Of a DNA stretch of 20,097 bases, positions 15,735 through 20,097 are shown in pieces. The DNA lies in NCBI GenBank assembly GCA_964454175.1, contig CAYVSA010000030.1, forward strand, positions 1 through 20,097, written 5' to 3'. The notes beneath the pieces are model-generated. The model searched no databases and was not told the origin of the DNA. It saw nothing but the letters and a program-made list of their open reading frames with translations. The first letter of the stretch is position 1, and the number at the start of each line of letters is the position of its first letter. The DNA comes from an uncultured Pseudomonadota bacterium (GTDB taxonomy: Bacteria; BMS3Abin14). The position numbers and the translations under genes are program-made.

Positions 15735-15824
15735 TTGGGCAGTGTTATCAAGAAACGCAGGAAGAAGATGAGAAAACACAAACACAAGAAACTGCTGGCA
15801 AAGAGCCGTCACAAGAGGAAGTGA
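15735..15824 (+). CDS. Small basic ribosomal protein, bS22/AURKAIP1-COX24 (mS38) family, 29 aa; absent from the ORF track
   Basis: Hand translation from TTG 15735: MGSVIKKRRKKMRKHKHKKLLAKSRHKRK*; strong SD AAGGAGGT 7 nt upstream; closely follows the family pattern MGSVIKKRRKxMxKxKHxKLL; its TGA overlaps the next GTG start. Confidence 0.9.
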   Translation: MGSVIKKRRKKMRKHKHKKLLAKSRHKRK

Positions 15825-16276
15825 TCTTGCGGAAACTGATAGGTGTCATCGGTTCGGGAGATCCAGCGATGAGTAACCACAGTGGAGCACAGGAGATCGG
15901 CAGGCTGTTGGCCGAGGGAGGCGCATGCCTGGTATGCGGCGGGCTCGGTGGTATCATGGAAGCAGCCTCCAGAGGGGCGAGGGAATCCGGAGGAGATGTC
16001 ATCGGTATCCTGCCGGGTGAAGATCCCGCCTCAGCAAACCGCTATGTGACGTTCCCGATCCCCACCGGTATGGGAATCGGGAGGAATGTGCTCATTGTCA
16101 GGTCTTGTGAGGCTCTGATAGCGTTGCCTGGCGGAAGCGGGACACTTTCCGAGATCGCCCTGTCCCTTAAGATCGGCAGGCCCGTTGTTGACATGGGCGG
16201 ATGGGGCATAGAAGGAACCATTGCGGCCCGGGATCCCCGGGAAGCAGTGCGAGTTGCCCTTTCCGGGCAGGCTTGA
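15821..16276 (+). CDS. TIGR00725-family / LOG-like (SLOG) Rossmann-fold protein
   Basis: IGVIGS, LVCGGLGGIMEAASRGA, IGILPG, TGMGIGRN and the PGGSGTLSE motif (PGGxGTxxE). Confidence 0.88.
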   Translation: MILRKLIGVIGSGDPAMSNHSGAQEIGRLLAEGGACLVCGGLGGIMEAASRGARESGGDVIGILPGEDPASANRYVTFPIPTGMGIGRNVLIVRSCEALIALPGGSGTLSEIALSLKIGRPVVDMGGWGIEGTIAARDPREAVRVALSGQA

Positions 16277-16305
16277 TCCTCTCCAGTGAAGCAGGTAGTC
16301 TGATA

Positions 16306-17628
16306 ATGGCTGATTCAGGAAAGGTGTTCATAAGGACTTTCGGATGCCAGATGAACGTCTATGACTCTGAAAAGATCATGGCTTTTCTGGATGACCGTTA
16401 TGTACAGGCCGCATCTGAAGATGAGGCTGATCTCATCCTTCTGAACACCTGTTCGGTTCGTGATAAAGCCGAGCAGAAGGTCTACAGTTTGATAGGGCGC
16501 CTGAGAAAACTCAAAGAGCAGAACCCGCGTCTGATTATCGGTGTAGGCGGGTGTATGGCTCAACAGGAGGGGCAGGGTGTTCTGGATCGCGCGCCCCTGG
16601 TTGACCTCGTCTTTGGTACTCACAACATAGAACAGCTGCCTGAGCTCATCGACGAGCGAATACTCGGCGGGAAGAGGATTTGCAGGATCAGTGATCGATC
16701 GGATCACATCCGATCTCCCGGTAAACAGACCGGAGTGCCGAGTCCCAGCCCTGTTCGGCTTGTCACGATCATGAAGGGCTGCGACAACTCCTGCACTTAC
16801 TGCATCGTTCCTCAGGTGAGGGGCGCAGAGATAAGCCGGCATTCGTCTGACATACTGGATGAGGTGAGGTCGCTTGTCGCATGTGGTGCCAGGGAGATAA
16901 CCCTCCTTGGTCAGAATGTAAATTCCTACAAAGATCCCGGCGGCGGTGCTGGTTTTATAGATCTTCTCGAAAAAGTGGATGCGGTGAAAGGACTCATGCG
17001 CTTGAGGTTCGTGACGTCTCATCCCAAGGATTTTTCCCCGGAGCTGGCCGGCGCCATGGCCGGTCTGCAGACCGTCTGTGAGCACATTCACCTTCCCATT
17101 CAGGCTGCCTCGAACAGGGTTCTGAACGGCATGAAACGGGGATATAACCGTGATGAATACCTGGAGAAGGTGGAGGTTCTCAGGGAGCTTGTCCCTGGAG
17201 TGGAACTGACTACTGATCTCATCGTAGGCTTCCCGACTGAGGAGCGAAAGGACTTTGAAGAAACACTCTCTCTCCTCGAAAAGGTAAGGTATCAGAACGC
17301 TTTTTCTTTCCGGTTTTCCCCGCGCCCCGGGACTGAGGCCGCCGGCATGGTGGACAGTGTTCCTCCTGCCCTGAAGAAGAACTGGCTGCCTGAGCTGCAG
17401 AGTCTCCAGAGTACGATCACATCGGAGAAACACAGCCATCTCGAAGGCCAGGAGATGGAAGTCCTTGTCGAAGGAACGGGGAAAAGGGAGAACGGGATGC
17501 TGGAGGGAAGAACAAGGAATAACTTCATCATCCATTTCCCGGGGGATCCCTCTTTTATTGGAAGCCTGCTGAAGGTAAGGGTGACGCGTTCGAGGAAGAT
17601 CCATCTCGAGGGAGAGGTCATAGAGTGA
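16306..17628 (+). CDS. miaB: tRNA-2-methylthio-N6-dimethylallyladenosine synthase (radical SAM methylthiotransferase)
   Basis: UPF0004 domain TFGCQMNVYDSE, NTCSVRDKAEQK, GCMAQ; radical SAM GCDNSCTYC; LLGQNVNSY, TSHP, IVGFP, FSPRPGT; C-terminal TRAM domain. Start moved to ATG 16306. Confidence 0.96.
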   Translation: MADSGKVFIRTFGCQMNVYDSEKIMAFLDDRYVQAASEDEADLILLNTCSVRDKAEQKVYSLIGRLRKLKEQNPRLIIGVGGCMAQQEGQGVLDRAPLVDLVFGTHNIEQLPELIDERILGGKRICRISDRSDHIRSPGKQTGVPSPSPVRLVTIMKGCDNSCTYCIVPQVRGAEISRHSSDILDEVRSLVACGAREITLLGQNVNSYKDPGGGAGFIDLLEKVDAVKGLMRLRFVTSHPKDFSPELAGAMAGLQTVCEHIHLPIQAASNRVLNGMKRGYNRDEYLEKVEVLRELVPGVELTTDLIVGFPTEERKDFEETLSLLEKVRYQNAFSFRFSPRPGTEAAGMVDSVPPALKKNWLPELQSLQSTITSEKHSHLEGQEMEVLVEGTGKRENGMLEGRTRNNFIIHFPGDPSFIGSLLKVRVTRSRKIHLEGEVIE

Positions 17629-18128
17629 TGCACAGCAGCCTTACAGAGGTCGTTATTCACGGTCTGACGGTGGACCCTGGCAACAACAACCCTATCGTGC
17701 TTCTCAAAGAGGCAGATGGAAACAGGGTCGTGCCTATCTGGATAGGTGTTTTTGAGGCAAATGCAATTGCCTTAAAACTGTCTGGTGTGGAACCACCGCG
17801 CCCCATGACTCACGACCTCCTCTACAATATGATCTCAATGGCCGGTTTTAATGTTGACCGGATCGAAGTTACAGATATCAGGGAAAACACTTACTTTGCA
17901 AAGGTATACCTGGTTTCCGATGAACGTAAGATGGAGATCGACTCCCGGCCTTCGGATGCCATTGCTCTTTCTGTCAGAGCGAACAACAGGATCTTTGTAA
18001 GTGAAAAAGTCCTGGAGGAATCCTCGGTTGACATGGCTACAATACAGGAGGCTGGAGACTCCGGGGACAAGTGGACGGAGCTGTTAAGGGAGCTCAACCC
18101 AGAGGATTTCAGCAAATACAAGATGTAG
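17625..18128 (+). CDS. Bifunctional nuclease family protein (DUF151)
   Basis: PIVLLKE, VPIWIGVFEANAIA, PRPMTHDL, TYFA, IDSRPSDAIALS; start overlaps the miaB stop. Confidence 0.93.
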   Translation: MMHSSLTEVVIHGLTVDPGNNNPIVLLKEADGNRVVPIWIGVFEANAIALKLSGVEPPRPMTHDLLYNMISMAGFNVDRIEVTDIRENTYFAKVYLVSDERKMEIDSRPSDAIALSVRANNRIFVSEKVLEESSVDMATIQEAGDSGDKWTELLRELNPEDFSKYKM

Positions 18129-18201
18129 TCACTGCTCCATTATCGCTTCAACTGCGTATTTTACCAATTACCTGTACTGAACGGAGGGGGATCACAGCTT
18201 A

Positions 18202-18624
18202 ATGCCGGAATCGGGACATGATGTAAACACAACGAGCGCTGTATCTCTCTGGGTCCCACCAGCGTTTATTGCCATCGTAATCCTGGGTCTGTCTTCCATA
18301 CCAGGCAGGGCATTTCCCTCCCACCCGGATTTCCTGAACGTAGTAGTCCATTTTGCAGAGTTTTTTGGACTTTCCTTTTTCCTTGCAAGAGCCTTACTTT
18401 TATCCAGCGCGATCACAAGTCTGTCCGGCGTAATAATCATCAGTCTTGCCTCGGGGGTCGTCTTCGGGACTGGGACCGAGATCTACCAGTTCGCCATACC
18501 TGAAAGGCTGTTCGACCCTGGAGATATTTTTGTTGACTCGCTGGGTGCATTATTCGGTGCGCTTCTTTTTGTATTATTGTCAATGACTACCAGTATCTGG
18601 AAAGATAAAGGGAAGGTTCAGTAG
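18202..18624 (+). CDS. VanZ-like membrane protein
   Basis: Four hydrophobic segments; LSSIPG, HFAEFFGL, EIYQFAIPER..D..DIFVDSLG match the VanZ-like pattern (HxxxYxxL ... ExxQxxxPxR...D). Confidence 0.8.
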   Translation: MPESGHDVNTTSAVSLWVPPAFIAIVILGLSSIPGRAFPSHPDFLNVVVHFAEFFGLSFFLARALLLSSAITSLSGVIIISLASGVVFGTGTEIYQFAIPERLFDPGDIFVDSLGALFGALLFVLLSMTTSIWKDKGKVQ

Positions 18625-20057
18625 TGCCGAGATCAGTCACCGATATTAGAGATATGCAGGATATCGTGAAGGTTTCGGATAACTTCCTTTCCAGTGTCAT
18701 GGGTCGGGCTGACGCCGTTTCCGGTACTTTCTGGGTGCTGGACCAGGACCAGCACTTCAGGGCCATGGCTGCCCGCGGCAAAAGCGGTTTGTCGGTTACG
18801 CCAGACCCTGGCGAGGTATTTCACAGACATGAAGAGATATCAAGGGGAACCCCGTTCTTTGAGCAGAGGGAAGGCAAGGTCATTCTGGACAGTTTCTTTC
18901 TTCCCGTCCTGCATCAGGATCTAATCCTCGGCCTGGTCCACATGGAACTCAAAGGCGGTGAAGGGAGCCGGCCCGCTGATATGGATCTGTCGGGTATCAA
19001 GGAGATTGCCGAAGATTTCGCCCCGTCACTTCTAAATGCTCTCAACCTGGACAGGATCCGTCAGAATCCACTCAAGGACCTCGATTCCGACACCTACAAC
19101 GAAGCTTATATACTGGACTACCTGAAACGGCAGACAACCATGGCCAGAAGGCACGGCAGGAGGATTGGCCTTCTCAACCTGGAGTTTTCCGGTGCAGAAG
19201 CTTTCCAGAAAGAACAGACATACAGGCTTTCGCAGGGTCTTTTAAGGGACATTTCAGATACGCTTCATGGACTTGTCCGGGATTACGACATAGTTGCCCA
19301 CGTGGGTAGTTTTCGCTTCCTGATCTGCCTGCCAGACACCGACAACCTCGGGTGTCGTATAACTGTTGAAAGGATCAGGAACGGTTTCGATAAACTGGAG
19401 TATTTGACTGAACGTCTTCAACTGTATGGAATGATCCCCCATTTCGGCTTCGCCTGTTTTCCCGAAGACGGTGTCGAGGTTGACACTCTTCTAGTGAAAA
19501 GCCTTCTGAACGCTAAACGGAGCAGAGAAGACCCTGTTAATACTGTAGACTGGAAAGGGTTAAATTTCTGGGATATGGTCCAAATGGCGACGGGTGCAGA
19601 CGGCAAAGAGCGGTTGTCCGGTATCAGCGACACCAGCTTCATAGAGTTTCAGACCAGTTTCTCGTACCTGCTCCAGGAGGCGATCGCGAGTGATCTCGTT
19701 TTGAATCCGACGAGAAGGGGACTTCTGTATATCGGCACGAATAATATTTACATCACGGAAGCCCTTCTGCAGAAAAATACCGAGATAGCGAGCGTGGCAA
19801 CAAAAGTTTGTGTTTTCGGTGACCTGACGGGCCTCCAGACACTAAAGGATTTCAACATCGGGACCGTTGCGATCCCCAATGATCTGAGTACTGCCTTCCA
19901 GTTTATACTTCTCCTCACGGATAGAAACGCCTACTGCCTTCTTGGTGTTCACAACAGGAGCGAAGAGTGGAAGGGCATACATTCATCACACGACAAGCTG
20001 GTAGAGAGGCTTGTTTTCAAACTCAGGGGAGAATATGCTCTCCAGGATCAGATCTAG
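18624..20057 (+). CDS. GAF-like + degenerate GGDEF + putative DICT-like domain protein
   Basis: Central region follows GGDEF architecture (D..TYN..Y, ARRHGRRIGLLNL, RDYDIVAHVGSFRFLICLPDTD, FGFACFPEDG) with GSFRF replacing GGDEF; N-terminus GAF-like (FFLPVLHQDLILGLVHM); the C-terminal FILLLTDRNAYCLLG..GIHSSHDKLVERL is reminiscent of DICT. Flanking domain calls are tentative. Confidence 0.75.
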   Translation: MPRSVTDIRDMQDIVKVSDNFLSSVMGRADAVSGTFWVLDQDQHFRAMAARGKSGLSVTPDPGEVFHRHEEISRGTPFFEQREGKVILDSFFLPVLHQDLILGLVHMELKGGEGSRPADMDLSGIKEIAEDFAPSLLNALNLDRIRQNPLKDLDSDTYNEAYILDYLKRQTTMARRHGRRIGLLNLEFSGAEAFQKEQTYRLSQGLLRDISDTLHGLVRDYDIVAHVGSFRFLICLPDTDNLGCRITVERIRNGFDKLEYLTERLQLYGMIPHFGFACFPEDGVEVDTLLVKSLLNAKRSREDPVNTVDWKGLNFWDMVQMATGADGKERLSGISDTSFIEFQTSFSYLLQEAIASDLVLNPTRRGLLYIGTNNIYITEALLQKNTEIASVATKVCVFGDLTGLQTLKDFNIGTVAIPNDLSTAFQFILLLTDRNAYCLLGVHNRSEEWKGIHSSHDKLVERLVFKLRGEYALQDQI

Positions 20058-20097
20058 ATGGCATTAGCTCTGAGTCCTGGATCTACCGTCAAGGAAC

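Noticed and set aside
16201..16305. ORF-track N-terminal extensions of miaB (and likewise scpB from 894, thiM from 12138, thiE from 13090, thiD from 14671)
   Set aside because: The extensions overlap upstream genes or repeat DNA and precede the conserved N-termini; downstream starts fit better.
16315..17604. 429-aa minus-strand ORF
   Set aside because: Antisense shadow of miaB, with no recognisable domain.
20058..20097. Start of a further CDS (MALALSPGSTVKE...)
   Set aside because: Only 13 codons are visible, with no clear SD or identifiable motif; cannot be supported from this window.

Overview
A 20-kb, gene-dense bacterial chromosome segment with every convincing gene on the + strand; the gene content looks like an anaerobe, possibly deltaproteobacteria-like, but taxonomy cannot be fixed from this window. 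Order: scpA-scpB-rluB; a strong sigma70 promoter; a complete membrane-bound group 1 [NiFe] uptake hydrogenase cluster (Tat-exported small subunit, large subunit, cytochrome b, maturation protease, hypABFCDE); a thiamine salvage block (thiM-thiE-thiL-thiD); a second promoter driving a 29-aa bS22/AURKAIP1-COX24-like basic ribosomal protein missed by the ORF track, a TIGR00725/LOG-like protein, miaB and a DUF151 nuclease; a VanZ-like membrane protein; and a GAF-like/degenerate-GGDEF/DICT-like protein. The most notable non-coding signals are (i) a ~140-nt multi-hairpin element with two inverted IHF-consensus sites at the window start, (ii) a recurring family of inverted heptamer arrays in four intergenic spacers of the hyp/thi region, and (iii) a structured leader in front of the bS22-like gene that resembles the 3' half of a TPP riboswitch. 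The hydrogenase has a NiFeSe-like all-Cys medial cluster motif plus an extra Cys, yet a normal Cys at the Ni site. All calls are from reading the sequence; no searches were run.
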